Shown here: in pieces, positions 17,399 through 26,683 of the stretch
Layout: every line of letters begins with the position of its first letter
Numbering within the stretch: the first letter of the stretch is position 1
Assembly (NCBI GenBank): GCA_964515405.1
Contig: CAZERD010000002.1
Location: forward strand, 1,568-65,567
Origin: an uncultured Desulfurellales bacterium
GTDB taxonomy: Bacteria; Campylobacterota_A; Desulfurellia; Desulfurellales; CAZERD01
Length of the DNA stretch: 64,000 bases
Direction: 5' to 3'
The notes under the pieces: model-generated
The model's input: only the letters and a program-made list of their open reading frames with translations
What the model was told of the DNA's origin: nothing
Databases searched by the model: none
Translations under genes and position numbers: made by a program

Positions 17399-17752
17399 CT
17401 AAATACCGAATGGATTCGTGTAAAGGATGATCAAGGCAATGACAAGCATGTAAATAACAAGGGACTCTATCATTGCCAATCCGATCATCATCAAGGTAAG
17501 TAGCTTACCTGACATACCCGGGTTTCTTGCCGTACCAAGCACTGTTCCATTGACAGCATGGCCCTGACCTATGCCACCACCACCAGCTGCCAGACCCAGG
17601 CCTATAGCCCCACCCATAGCCACAAACATATAATATTTCTTGAGCTCCACGGTCGCAGCGGACATTGCATGTGCCGCAGGAGCCGAAAGAACAGGCACAG
17701 CAGCAAACACCCCCAGCAGAACTGTTAACAATAATACCACCTTACCACGCAT
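17399..17752 (-). CDS. atpE: F0F1 ATP synthase subunit c with an N-terminal signal-peptide-like extension
   Basis: C-terminal hairpin with a Gly-rich helix 1 (GLGLAAGGGGIGQG), a loop (ARNPG) and the ion-binding Glu in helix 2 (LAMIESLVIY). About 30 extra N-terminal residues end in AHA. Confidence 0.9.
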   Translation of the reverse strand: MRGKVVLLLTVLLGVFAAVPVLSAPAAHAMSAATVELKKYYMFVAMGGAIGLGLAAGGGGIGQGHAVNGTVLGTARNPGMSGKLLTLMMIGLAMIESLVIYMLVIALIILYTNPFGI

Positions 17753-17780
17753 AAAAACCTCCTCAACAACGATTACTTCC

Positions 17781-18455
17781 CTATTCTCCTTGTGGTTCGC
17801 TTATAGCGTCAGCTATATACAGAGTTGTCAGCAAAGCAAATATAAATGCTTGAAGCGTCGCAGCAAATAATATTAAACCCATTATCGGCAAAGGAACAAG
17901 CCACGGGGCCAAGAAAAATATTATAGCCAAAAGCAAATCGTCTCCACCTATATTGCCAAACAACCTCATAGACAGTGACAAGATCCTCGCAAAATGGCCT
18001 ATTAGTTCTATGGGTATCATTATAGGTGTGAGCCACCATACGGGACCCATGAAATGCTTTACATATCTGAACCCATGCCTCTTTATACCAAGATACTGGT
18101 AATACACAAAAACAATAACAGCCATAGACAGGGTAGTGTTAAGATTGGATGTTGGAGGAATAAACCAAGGAATAAGTTCGGTAATATTAGCAAAAAATAT
18201 AAATATGGCAAGCGTGGCTATAAGTTTGAAGTGTTTCTTTGTCTCCTCCTCACCTAAAATATCCTCAACAAAGCTATATATGCCCTCTACTACAGCCTCA
18301 ACTACATTTTGATATCCACTCGGCATGAATCTTAGCGACACACGGGCTATGAGAGCAAGCGTAAGTACAGTGGCCATAATGAACCATGTAAAAACAAGAT
18401 AACCCGGCAAACCCGTAGCATGTATTATAAAATCAAGAAAAGTTGGAGCCTCCAT
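17781..18455 (-). CDS. atpB: F0F1 ATP synthase subunit a
   Basis: Carries the conserved Arg motif LSLSMRLFGNIGG and the terminal helix pattern FIFALLTTLYI. Confidence 0.9.
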   Translation of the reverse strand: MEAPTFLDFIIHATGLPGYLVFTWFIMATVLTLALIARVSLRFMPSGYQNVVEAVVEGIYSFVEDILGEEETKKHFKLIATLAIFIFFANITELIPWFIPPTSNLNTTLSMAVIVFVYYQYLGIKRHGFRYVKHFMGPVWWLTPIMIPIELIGHFARILSLSMRLFGNIGGDDLLLAIIFFLAPWLVPLPIMGLILFAATLQAFIFALLTTLYIADAISEPQGE

Positions 18456-18464
18456 ACATCCTCC

Positions 18465-18824
18465 TTAAGCTTCACCGGTCATTACTGCAAACAAAGTAAA
18501 CCCAACAAGTGTTAACGGTATAGTCGAAATACCCACCACTATTCCCAAAGGGTTTAAACCCACCTCAAAGAGAATCAAAAGAGTTAATCCCACGATCAGG
18601 TATCTCACAAAATTCTCAAAAAACGAAAACCTCCCTTTTTTCATAAACCTCTTAACCCATAACTTTATCAAAAACCAGTCAAAAACAGCGACCAGAAAAC
18701 CAAAAAAACTGCTCACGAGACAATCCAGGCCGCACCATATACACACAAAAGCTACTAATAAATACACTATAAAGAAACCCGTTTCAAGTTTTTTTATCGT
18801 TATCCTCACGCTTAATCTCCTCAA
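18465..18824 (-). CDS. Small membrane protein, ATP synthase protein I-like
   Basis: 119 aa, about 4 TM segments, positioned between atpZ and atpB as atpI usually is. The call rests on position and topology only. Confidence 0.5.
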   Translation of the reverse strand: MRRLSVRITIKKLETGFFIVYLLVAFVCIWCGLDCLVSSFFGFLVAVFDWFLIKLWVKRFMKKGRFSFFENFVRYLIVGLTLLILFEVGLNPLGIVVGISTIPLTLVGFTLFAVMTGEA

Positions 18825-19029
18825 ACCCCCTGTACAGGTTCAAAAAACCAGCCGCTATACCAAAAAACAAGAACACAAGTAACCCCCAGGGGTTCAGAGA
18901 TGGAAATGTCTTGTCTACCCACCATCCTATGGCACCACCTATAACTACAGCTAATATAACACTGAAACCTACGGACGAAGCTTTATAAAGGGTAAGATAA
19001 AATTTCTTGTCCCTCTTTTCCCTGTTCAT
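18784..19029 (-). CDS. atpZ: AtpZ/AtpI-family small membrane protein (ATPase_gene1 type)
   Basis: 81 aa with two TM helices. The pattern SSVGFSV..AVVIGGAIGWWVDK....PWGLLVFLFFGIAAGFLN is typical of AtpZ. Confidence 0.65.
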   Translation of the reverse strand: MNREKRDKKFYLTLYKASSVGFSVILAVVIGGAIGWWVDKTFPSLNPWGLLVFLFFGIAAGFLNLYRGFEEIKREDNDKKT

Positions 19030-20313
19030 TCACAAAGAGCCCATCACCTCACGGGCCTTTTCCAGCGTCACCGCTATATCTTCATCCGCGTGAGCCATTG
19101 ACACAAAGTTCGTCTCAAATTGAGAAGGTGGAAGATATACACCTCTGTCCAGCATACCACGGAAATACCTTGAGAACATACCCACATCGCACCCAAGCAC
19201 ATCAGAGTAGCTGGCTGGTTCTTTATCTGAAAAGAACACACTAAACATAGAACCCATGCACGTACAACTCACCGGGATACCTCTCTCCCGCGCAATCTCT
19301 TCAACACCATTCACCAACGTTTCTGTCTTCCTTCGGAAGTCTTCATATGGGTTCTCTTCCTTGAGTATATCAAGCGTTGCCACTCCGCACGCCATAGCTA
19401 CAGGATTTCCAGACAAAGTACCTGCTTGATATACACCCCCTTCTGGCGATACGTGAGCCATTATCTCCTCAGAAGAGCCATAAACCGCAACAGGCATTCC
19501 ACCCCCTATCACTTTACCCAATGTGACAATGTCAGGCTTAATGCCAAACAGATGTTCAGCACCACCATACGTGATTCTGAATCCACTCATAACCTCATCA
19601 AATATGAGAAGAGATTCATACTCCCTGGTTATCTTCCTTAAAAAATCAAGAAAGCCATCTTTTGGTTTCACCAACCCCATGTTCCCAGGGATAGGCTCCA
19701 CTATCGCACAAGCTATAGTGTCACCATAGCGCCTGAAAACATCTCCAACAGATTCAACATCGTTATACTCAACCACAAATGTATGCCTAACAAAATCGTA
19801 AGGAACCCCCTCACTCGTGGGTTTACCAAAGGTTGCCGCTCCACTTCCAGAAGCAACAAGAAGAGCATCGGAGTGACCGTGGTAGCAACCACTGAATTTC
19901 AATATATTATCCCTCTTTGTTACCCCCCTTGCAAGCCTTATGGCACTCATCGTGGCCTCAGTGCCAGAATTCACAAACCTCAGCATCTCCAGAGAATCAA
20001 AGGCCCCAACTATCCTCTTGGCCAGTTCCGTCTCAAGCCTCGTCGGAGCACCAAAGCTGAGCCCTCTCCTCATTGTGCCCATCGCCTTATCCAGTACCTC
20101 ATCATTCGCATGACCCACAATAACAGGCCCATAACTACACACATAATCTATAAACTCATTGCCATCTTCATCGTATACCCGGGACCCCTTCGCCATGCTT
20201 ATAAACAACGGATCACCGCCAACCGATTTAAAAGCCCTAACAGGACTGTTCACACCACCTACAATGCATTTCCTTGCTTCCTCAAACAACCTTTTGCTTT
20301 CAACCCTCTTCAT
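19030..20313 (-). CDS. hemL: Glutamate-1-semialdehyde 2,1-aminomutase
   Basis: N-terminus S..LFEEA...I.GGVNSPVRAF. The PLP-lysine region is TLGKVIGGGMPV. The sequence is collinear with HemL throughout. Confidence 0.95.
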   Translation of the reverse strand: MKRVESKRLFEEARKCIVGGVNSPVRAFKSVGGDPLFISMAKGSRVYDEDGNEFIDYVCSYGPVIVGHANDEVLDKAMGTMRRGLSFGAPTRLETELAKRIVGAFDSLEMLRFVNSGTEATMSAIRLARGVTKRDNILKFSGCYHGHSDALLVASGSGAATFGKPTSEGVPYDFVRHTFVVEYNDVESVGDVFRRYGDTIACAIVEPIPGNMGLVKPKDGFLDFLRKITREYESLLIFDEVMSGFRITYGGAEHLFGIKPDIVTLGKVIGGGMPVAVYGSSEEIMAHVSPEGGVYQAGTLSGNPVAMACGVATLDILKEENPYEDFRRKTETLVNGVEEIARERGIPVSCTCMGSMFSVFFSDKEPASYSDVLGCDVGMFSRYFRGMLDRGVYLPPSQFETNFVSMAHADEDIAVTLEKAREVMGSL

Positions 20314-20316
20314 AGC

Positions 20317-20982
20317 TCACCCCATTGAACTCCATAAAAGCTCTCCATCTTTACCCAGATCTCCAACAACCCTCTCAGGGTGCGGCATTAGCCCAAACAC
20401 GTTCCCGCTCTTATTACATACCCCAGCTATATTCCCCACGGAACCGTTAGGATTGGATCCTTCCGTTACGTTTCCTCTCGCATCGGAATACCTCATAACA
20501 ACCAGTCCCTCCGATTCTATCATCTGTAAGGTATCCGGATCGCAGTAATAACTTCCCTCCTTATGAGCTATAGGAAGACTCAAAACAGAACCAGAAATAT
20601 GCCTCGTAAAGAAACAGGACGAATCCTCCACCTTCACATACACAAACCTATGTATAAACCTAAGGGTTCTGTTCATCAGCAGTACACCTGGGAGAAATCC
20701 TGCTTCTGTCAATATCTGAAATCCATTGCATATACCTATAACATACCCCCCCTTGGCCACAAATTCCTTCAGAGCTCCCATAATGGACGAAAATTTGGCC
20801 AAAGCACCACATCTCAGATAATCACCATAAGAAAAACCACCCGGTAATACTATGACGTCAAACCCTTTAAGATCCGTGCACGTATAAGGAACAATCTCAG
20901 CAGGGATTGAAAGCACATCACAGGCGAAAAGGCAATCCCTATCACAGTTCGTTCCCAAAAAACTAACTATCCCTACCCTCAA
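20317..20982 (-). CDS. purQ: Phosphoribosylformylglycinamidine synthase, glutaminase subunit PurQ
   Basis: GATase-1 triad context: GICNGFQIL (Cys nucleophile) and MPHPER near the C-terminus. Confidence 0.9.
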   Translation of the reverse strand: MRVGIVSFLGTNCDRDCLFACDVLSIPAEIVPYTCTDLKGFDVIVLPGGFSYGDYLRCGALAKFSSIMGALKEFVAKGGYVIGICNGFQILTEAGFLPGVLLMNRTLRFIHRFVYVKVEDSSCFFTRHISGSVLSLPIAHKEGSYYCDPDTLQMIESEGLVVMRYSDARGNVTEGSNPNGSVGNIAGVCNKSGNVFGLMPHPERVVGDLGKDGELLWSSMG

Positions 20983-21208
20983 TCTCTCTGACCTCGTAAT
21001 CCTCTATCACACCATTCGACAGCACACCCGAAGCCAATTTCTCAACGTACTCCCGAGCATTCTGGCAATCTATCTCCACCTCAAAATATTTCCCAACCCT
21101 TATATCCTTTATCTCCACGCCCAAATAAGGCTCTGCTACAGACTTAATAGCCCTCCCCTGAGGATCCAACACTCCCTTCTTAGGGGTCACAATTACAACA
21201 AACTTCAC
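20963..21208 (-). CDS. purS: Phosphoribosylformylglycinamidine synthase subunit PurS
   Basis: 81 aa. The pattern V.V.PK.GVLDPQG.A....L is present. It overlaps purQ by 20 nt. Confidence 0.85.
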   Translation of the reverse strand: MKFVVIVTPKKGVLDPQGRAIKSVAEPYLGVEIKDIRVGKYFEVEIDCQNAREYVEKLASGVLSNGVIEDYEVREIEGRDS

Positions 21209-21209
21209 A

Positions 21210-23279
21210 TCAAATCCCCGTTAGTAGTATAAGTATGGCTATAATGTTGACAATCTTAATCATAGGATTAATAGCAGGACCTGCGGTATCCTTCAGCGGA
21301 TCTCCCACAGTATCTCCTGTGACGGCTGCCTTATGAGCCTCACTACCCTTACCACCAAAATTTCCATCCTCTATATACTTTTTGGCGTTATCCCAAGCTC
21401 CACCACCACTCGTCATTGAAACCGCCACAAAGAACCCTGTTATGATAGCACCCATTGAAAGGGCACCAAGGGTTATAGGACCAAACAATGCGTAAACCAC
21501 TATAGGAGCTATAACAGGTATCAAACCCGGAACTACCATCCTCTTGAGCGACTCTTTTGTTACTATGTCAACACAGGCAGCATAATCCGGCTTCGCCTTA
21601 CCCTCCAGAATCCCCTTAATGGTTTTAAACTGCCTTCTGACTTCCTCAACCATCTTCCCCCCTGCTATACCCACAGCCTCCATGCTCAAAGCACCAAAAT
21701 AGTAAGGCAGCAAACCACCTATAAGGAGGCCAAGCATCACCGCTGGATTGCTGAGGTTAAATATATCAGGTCCAAGATTCACAGTCCTCACAAACTCAGC
21801 AAACAAAACAAGAGCAGCAAGAACGGCGGAACCTATCGCAAATCCCTTTGTCACAGCCTTTGTTGTATTACCTACAGCGTCCAGAGGATCTGTTACAGCC
21901 CTCACAGATTCATCAAGCTCCGCCATCTCGGCTATACCGCCAGCATTATCTGTGATTGGGCCATAAGAATCAATTGAAATAATAATCCCGCTCAGGGAAA
22001 GCATGGAAGCAGCAGCTATACCTATACCGTACAACCCTGCCACATGATAGGAAAAATAAACTCCCAGAGCTATTACTATTGCAGGCAGGGCCGGAGCCTT
22101 AAGCATAACAGCCATACCCTGAATGATATTGGTTGCATGTCCTGTTTGACTGGCCTTGGCCACAGATTTAACAGGCGGAAAGTGATAGGAAGTGTAATAC
22201 TCAGTGATAAGCATTATCAAAAATGTAATAACCATACCTATAACGGTTGCTATAAATATGTGCACATAGCCTATGCTCATCCCAGCCTTATCTGCCATCC
22301 CCACACCTACCAGAGCCTTGGCAAGAAAAAACAAAGCTACCAGAGCCAGAATTCCTGTGGAAATGAGACCCTTATAAAAAGCCCCCATAATATTCCTCGA
22401 AGAGCCAAGCCTAACAAAAAATGTACCTGCTATGGATGCAATAGAAGCCACAGCGCCTATCAACAACGGGAACATGGTAGCTATCCCCACTACACCCGGC
22501 TTATCAAATAGGGAATGACCAAGAACCATGGAAGCTACTATGGTCACAACAAAAGATTCGAACACGTCTGCTGCCATTCCAGCGCAATCACCAACATTAT
22601 CACCGACATTATCTGCTATAACGGCAGGATTCCTGGGATCATCCTCGGGAATACCAGCCTCAACTTTACCCACCAAATCAGCTCCCACATCAGCCGCTTT
22701 TGTATATATTCCGCCACCTAGCCTTGCGAAAACACTGATAAGGCTTGTACCAAAAGCCAAACCAATCAATGCTTCAATCGTATGTTCCACTGGCTGACCA
22801 AACACATACACAGAAAGATAGTAAAAACCAGCAATGGCAAGCAAACCAAAACCTGTCACAAGTATCCCGGTAACCGAACCACCCCTGAACGCTATATCCA
22901 GAGCCCTTGCAAGCCCCCTCTTTGCCATCTGGGCGGTTCTTACATTTGTTCTTACTGCAACAACCATACCTATATAACCCGCAAGACCAGAAAGAAATGC
23001 GCCTATCAGATAGCCTATGGCCGTGAGCAAACCAAAGTGCTCTGAAACACTCCCCAAGGCCCACAGGATAGCAAACACGACAACAGCAACAATAGAGATG
23101 GTGCGATACTCCCTGGACAAAAACGCATATGCTCCCTCCTGAATGGCACGGGCTATCTCTCTCATGCGACTGGTACCTTCGTCCTTGGCTATCACACTAA
23201 GCGCTGTGAGAAATGCATACACAATGGACAAAAAAGACGCTCCAAAGGTAACGTAGAATATCAATCGGCTTGTCCCCAT
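21210..23279 (-). CDS. hppA: Membrane-bound proton-translocating pyrophosphatase, K+-independent type
   Basis: About 16 TM segments. Contains [29 protein letters not shown] and [16 protein letters not shown]. The Lys in GNTTK(A) is the established marker of K+-independent enzymes. Confidence 0.93.
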   Translation of the reverse strand: MGTSRLIFYVTFGASFLSIVYAFLTALSVIAKDEGTSRMREIARAIQEGAYAFLSREYRTISIVAVVVFAILWALGSVSEHFGLLTAIGYLIGAFLSGLAGYIGMVVAVRTNVRTAQMAKRGLARALDIAFRGGSVTGILVTGFGLLAIAGFYYLSVYVFGQPVEHTIEALIGLAFGTSLISVFARLGGGIYTKAADVGADLVGKVEAGIPEDDPRNPAVIADNVGDNVGDCAGMAADVFESFVVTIVASMVLGHSLFDKPGVVGIATMFPLLIGAVASIASIAGTFFVRLGSSRNIMGAFYKGLISTGILALVALFFLAKALVGVGMADKAGMSIGYVHIFIATVIGMVITFLIMLITEYYTSYHFPPVKSVAKASQTGHATNIIQGMAVMLKAPALPAIVIALGVYFSYHVAGLYGIGIAAASMLSLSGIIISIDSYGPITDNAGGIAEMAELDESVRAVTDPLDAVGNTTKAVTKGFAIGSAVLAALVLFAEFVRTVNLGPDIFNLSNPAVMLGLLIGGLLPYYFGALSMEAVGIAGGKMVEEVRRQFKTIKGILEGKAKPDYAACVDIVTKESLKRMVVPGLIPVIAPIVVYALFGPITLGALSMGAIITGFFVAVSMTSGGGAWDNAKKYIEDGNFGGKGSEAHKAAVTGDTVGDPLKDTAGPAINPMIKIVNIIAILILLTGI

Positions 23280-23287
23280 AATTCCTC

Positions 23288-24589
23288 CTATGAATTGGTC
23301 ATATTGATAAGCCTACCGATAAGTTCGGTGATATCTATTCCCCTTTTACTAGATATGTACTTTATAAGGCTTTCTTCCTCAGGAAGGGTATGCTCTGGAT
23401 CCATGTAGTTAGTTGATAAAAGAATGGCAGAAAGCAGTAGGTAAGCTGATTCTTCTGACATGTCTGAGTCAAGCTTCTTATACTCATCAGCAATAATAGC
23501 CGCAGTTGAATGCCAGGGCTCTATCCTATACCTCGTATGAAGCGTGCCCTTAACTATATCAAGTGAAATAGTGTTATCTATCACCTCCAGTATCTCACAA
23601 TGAAGTATGCCTGTGGGAGCGGTGGAAAGAGAAACATTTTTTATAAGTATCACCCTCCTTTTGGTGTACCTTATGAGGTCTGTGCGGGTGATTATACCTA
23701 GTATCCTCCCCATCCTGTCTATAACTATAGTGGCCCTATTGGTCGAAGTGAACACCTTGTCCTTTATATCATCTATAAATTCTGTAGGATAAACATAAGC
23801 AGCATTCTTGTCACATATAGTATCAACAGGTACACTCCACTCTACAAGACCAGCCGTTGCAAATGCATCATAATCAGAAAGTATAACAGAAACACCATTT
23901 GCCTTCGCCTTCTCCACAAGATCTCCCCTAAGCGTAAAGCCATTAGAGAGTATTATACACCTCACCCCGAAATCTATAGCTTTCTCCTGAAGATCCTCCC
24001 TGTTACCAAGAATTATTATTACATTCTCCGGGTCAAAATTCTGTATGATGTTCATAAACTCCGCAACATCCACAGTACCTATCATAACAGTGGCCACAAA
24101 TGATTCATCTGGATCCACCTCGTTCAATGCTACACCCTCTACAGCTTGCTTTATTAGCGAAATACTAGTCTTTATCCTCCTAAATATATCCGGAATGATA
24201 GAGGATATACTCTTCTTTGCTATATCCAATATGCCAAGCGTTCCATAAAACTTACCATTATCATCCTCTATAGGAACAACCCTCAGATCATTCTTTATCA
24301 TCTGTTTAAATACCTCTGTTATGGGTTGATTCCTGTTAGCCTTATGTATATTAGGAGAAATTATATCCTCGACCCGCAGTTGAAAATTATTAACATACTG
24401 AGGGATATTTATTGAGAAAGCACTCAGCATCTTCTGGGTTATAAGATCCAGTCTCCCATTGACAACAGGAACGTATCTTCTCTCAGGATCCCATCTGCTC
24501 TTTAACTCAGCGTAGGCTATTATAGACGCTATACCATCAAAATCTGGATGACTCTTCGTAGTTATGTAAATGTCTTTTACCCTTTTCAT
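23288..24589 (-). CDS. CBS/DRTGG-domain DHH-family protein, degenerate and truncated relative of CBS-pyrophosphatase
   Basis: The architecture is DHH(N)-CBS-DRTGG-CBS-DHH(C), collinear with family II CBS-PPases. Motif I is kept ([10 protein letters not shown]). The other catalytic motifs are changed: VILVDHN becomes VILIKNV, IDHH becomes IDNT, and SD becomes ST. The protein ends before a DHHA2 domain. Confidence 0.7.
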   Translation of the reverse strand: MKRVKDIYITTKSHPDFDGIASIIAYAELKSRWDPERRYVPVVNGRLDLITQKMLSAFSINIPQYVNNFQLRVEDIISPNIHKANRNQPITEVFKQMIKNDLRVVPIEDDNGKFYGTLGILDIAKKSISSIIPDIFRRIKTSISLIKQAVEGVALNEVDPDESFVATVMIGTVDVAEFMNIIQNFDPENVIIILGNREDLQEKAIDFGVRCIILSNGFTLRGDLVEKAKANGVSVILSDYDAFATAGLVEWSVPVDTICDKNAAYVYPTEFIDDIKDKVFTSTNRATIVIDRMGRILGIITRTDLIRYTKRRVILIKNVSLSTAPTGILHCEILEVIDNTISLDIVKGTLHTRYRIEPWHSTAAIIADEYKKLDSDMSEESAYLLLSAILLSTNYMDPEHTLPEEESLIKYISSKRGIDITELIGRLINMTNS

Positions 24590-24765
24590 TCAACAGCACC
24601 TCAACAGCATCTTCTTTGGATTTTATATAATAAACCTCTCCCCTTTTCAAGTACACCTACAGAAATAACCCTGTTGTAAGATGAAAAAGATTATCATACT
24701 TCACAAAAAAAGTCTAAAACTTGATAATTTCAATACCGATGTATATAGTATCCGGAGTGCTTAGG

Positions 24766-26031
24766 GTGTTCACGTTGAGTTTAGGGTGTTCAAAAAACCT
24801 TGTAGATACAGAGAGAATGTTAGGCTACCTAAGGTGCGTAGAACATATACAAATAGTGAACAACCCCAACCAAGCTGACATCGTGTTAATAAACACCTGT
24901 GGATTTATTGAACCAGCGAAGGAAGAATCCATTGAAAGCATAGCAGAAGCTGTTTCACTAAAAAACAGAAAACCCACAATCAAACTCATAGTGGCGGGAT
25001 GTCTATACGAACGTTACCAAGAAGAGCTCAAACGTGGATTTCCAGAAGTAGACTGCTTTATTGGGGTCCATGAACTCAAAAGGATAGTGGAATGCTTGTA
25101 CCCAGGTACACCACCACCAAACAGATCCCCACGCATGAAAATAAACAACAGCCATATCTCATACCTCAAGATCTCAGATGGCTGTTCCAATGGATGCACA
25201 TTCTGCTCCATACCACTCATAAAAGGTTCTTTAAGAAGCATAGAAGAAGAAAAATTAATAAACGAAGCGTACCGTATGCACTATTCGGGAGTTAAAGAGT
25301 TATGCATAGTGGCCCAAGATACAACAGCCTACATGAACGACAGAGGAGTCCATGACGCCCTCCCATGTTTATTAAAGAAACTTGATAGAATCGGTTTTGA
25401 ACGTATAAGACTTATGTACACATATCCATCTAAAATAACAGAACACCTGCTGGACACTATAGCATCAAGCAACACTATAGCCCATTACCTTGACATACCC
25501 ATACAACACGCAAGTGATAGAGTGTTGAAAAGCATGGGGAGAAAATATACGAGAGACGACATAGAAACATTACTCACACTCATAAGAAACACAATACCAG
25601 ATATATCCTTGAGAAGCACATTTATCGTTGGCTATCCTGCTGAACAAGCAGAGGATTTCGAACAACTCAAGGCGTTCATAAAGTCAGCCCGCCTGGATTG
25701 GGCAGGATTCTTCAAATATTACAAGGAAGAGGGAACTCTATCATACCATCTCAGAGACAAACCAAATAAAATAAAGCAAAACAGACTCACAGAAGTTGAA
25801 AACCTTCAGAGAAGCATAAGTGAAGAAATAAACCGCAATACCATTGGAAAACAATTCCGAGTCATCATAGATGGGAAATCAAACTCCATCTGGGAAGCAA
25901 GAACATACAGAAGCGCACCAGAAACAGATGGAATGGTTCTTCTCAAAGGGGCATTTCATCCTGGTGATGTAACCGACGTGTTAATAACTGGCGTCAAGGA
26001 CTCTGTTGACGTTGTGGGAGTGAAAGTGTAG
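24766..26031 (+). CDS. rimO: Ribosomal protein S12 methylthiotransferase RimO
   Basis: The N-terminal UPF0004 domain has SLGCSKNLVDTE. The radical-SAM cluster motif CSNGCTFC is present. A C-terminal TRAM domain follows. A GTG at 24766 (GGAG 9 nt upstream) gives the usual short N-terminus. The ORF is open from 24721. Confidence 0.88.
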   Translation: MFTLSLGCSKNLVDTERMLGYLRCVEHIQIVNNPNQADIVLINTCGFIEPAKEESIESIAEAVSLKNRKPTIKLIVAGCLYERYQEELKRGFPEVDCFIGVHELKRIVECLYPGTPPPNRSPRMKINNSHISYLKISDGCSNGCTFCSIPLIKGSLRSIEEEKLINEAYRMHYSGVKELCIVAQDTTAYMNDRGVHDALPCLLKKLDRIGFERIRLMYTYPSKITEHLLDTIASSNTIAHYLDIPIQHASDRVLKSMGRKYTRDDIETLLTLIRNTIPDISLRSTFIVGYPAEQAEDFEQLKAFIKSARLDWAGFFKYYKEEGTLSYHLRDKPNKIKQNRLTEVENLQRSISEEINRNTIGKQFRVIIDGKSNSIWEARTYRSAPETDGMVLLKGAFHPGDVTDVLITGVKDSVDVVGVKV

Positions 26032-26051
26032 AGTCTTGCAGGGAGATATAA

Positions 26052-26672
26052 ATGGGTTCAAGTGTATTTTTGATGATCATACCTCTGTTGCTGGGAGTGA
26101 TACTGCATGAGGTAGCCCATGGATATATAGCCTATATTCTGGGGGACCCAACAGCCAAAAACATGGGGAGACTGACACTCAACCCTCTCCCGCACATAGA
26201 CCCCATCGGTTCCATCCTCATACCCGCAGCTCTGGTGATACTCAGAATACCTTTCATATTCGGCTACGCGAAACCTGTACCCATCAATCCATTCAATCTG
26301 AAAAACCCAAGAAAAGACTTTGCGTGGATAGCGATAGCTGGACCCACAACAAATTTCCTATTGGCCATCGCTTTTGCACTACTATACAGGATATTCAACA
26401 TGTTTAGCGGGAGTTTTGTTATAGGATTCAAGGGCATGTGTTTTTTCGGTGTGGAAATAAACCTCATATTAGCTTTCTTCAACCTTATACCAATACCACC
26501 ACTGGACGGCGGACGAATCATAAACGCCATTCTTCCCCACGAACTATCCTACAAATTCTCGAGGATAGAACCCTACGGAATGTATATAGTAATAGCCCTT
26601 ATCTTCTTGGGTCTGTTCAATTTCATATACTCCTTTTTCATAATACCTATGATGAATCTTCTATTAATGTAA
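26052..26672 (+). CDS. Site-2 protease (M50) family membrane metalloprotease
   Basis: HEVAHG zinc motif in TM1 and NLIPIPPLDGG in a later TM. Confidence 0.85.
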   Translation: MGSSVFLMIIPLLLGVILHEVAHGYIAYILGDPTAKNMGRLTLNPLPHIDPIGSILIPAALVILRIPFIFGYAKPVPINPFNLKNPRKDFAWIAIAGPTTNFLLAIAFALLYRIFNMFSGSFVIGFKGMCFFGVEINLILAFFNLIPIPPLDGGRIINAILPHELSYKFSRIEPYGMYIVIALIFLGLFNFIYSFFIIPMMNLLLM

Positions 26673-26683
26673 GGGGGTGATCT

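Noticed and set aside
24681-24765. Small ORF MKKIIILHKKSLKLDNFNTDVYSIRSA upstream of rimO
   Set aside because: It has no RBS, no recognisable family and an AT-rich chance composition. It overlaps the likely rimO promoter (TTGATA-17-TATAGT at 24721-24749), which I also left out of the feature list because it would leave almost no leader before the GTG start.
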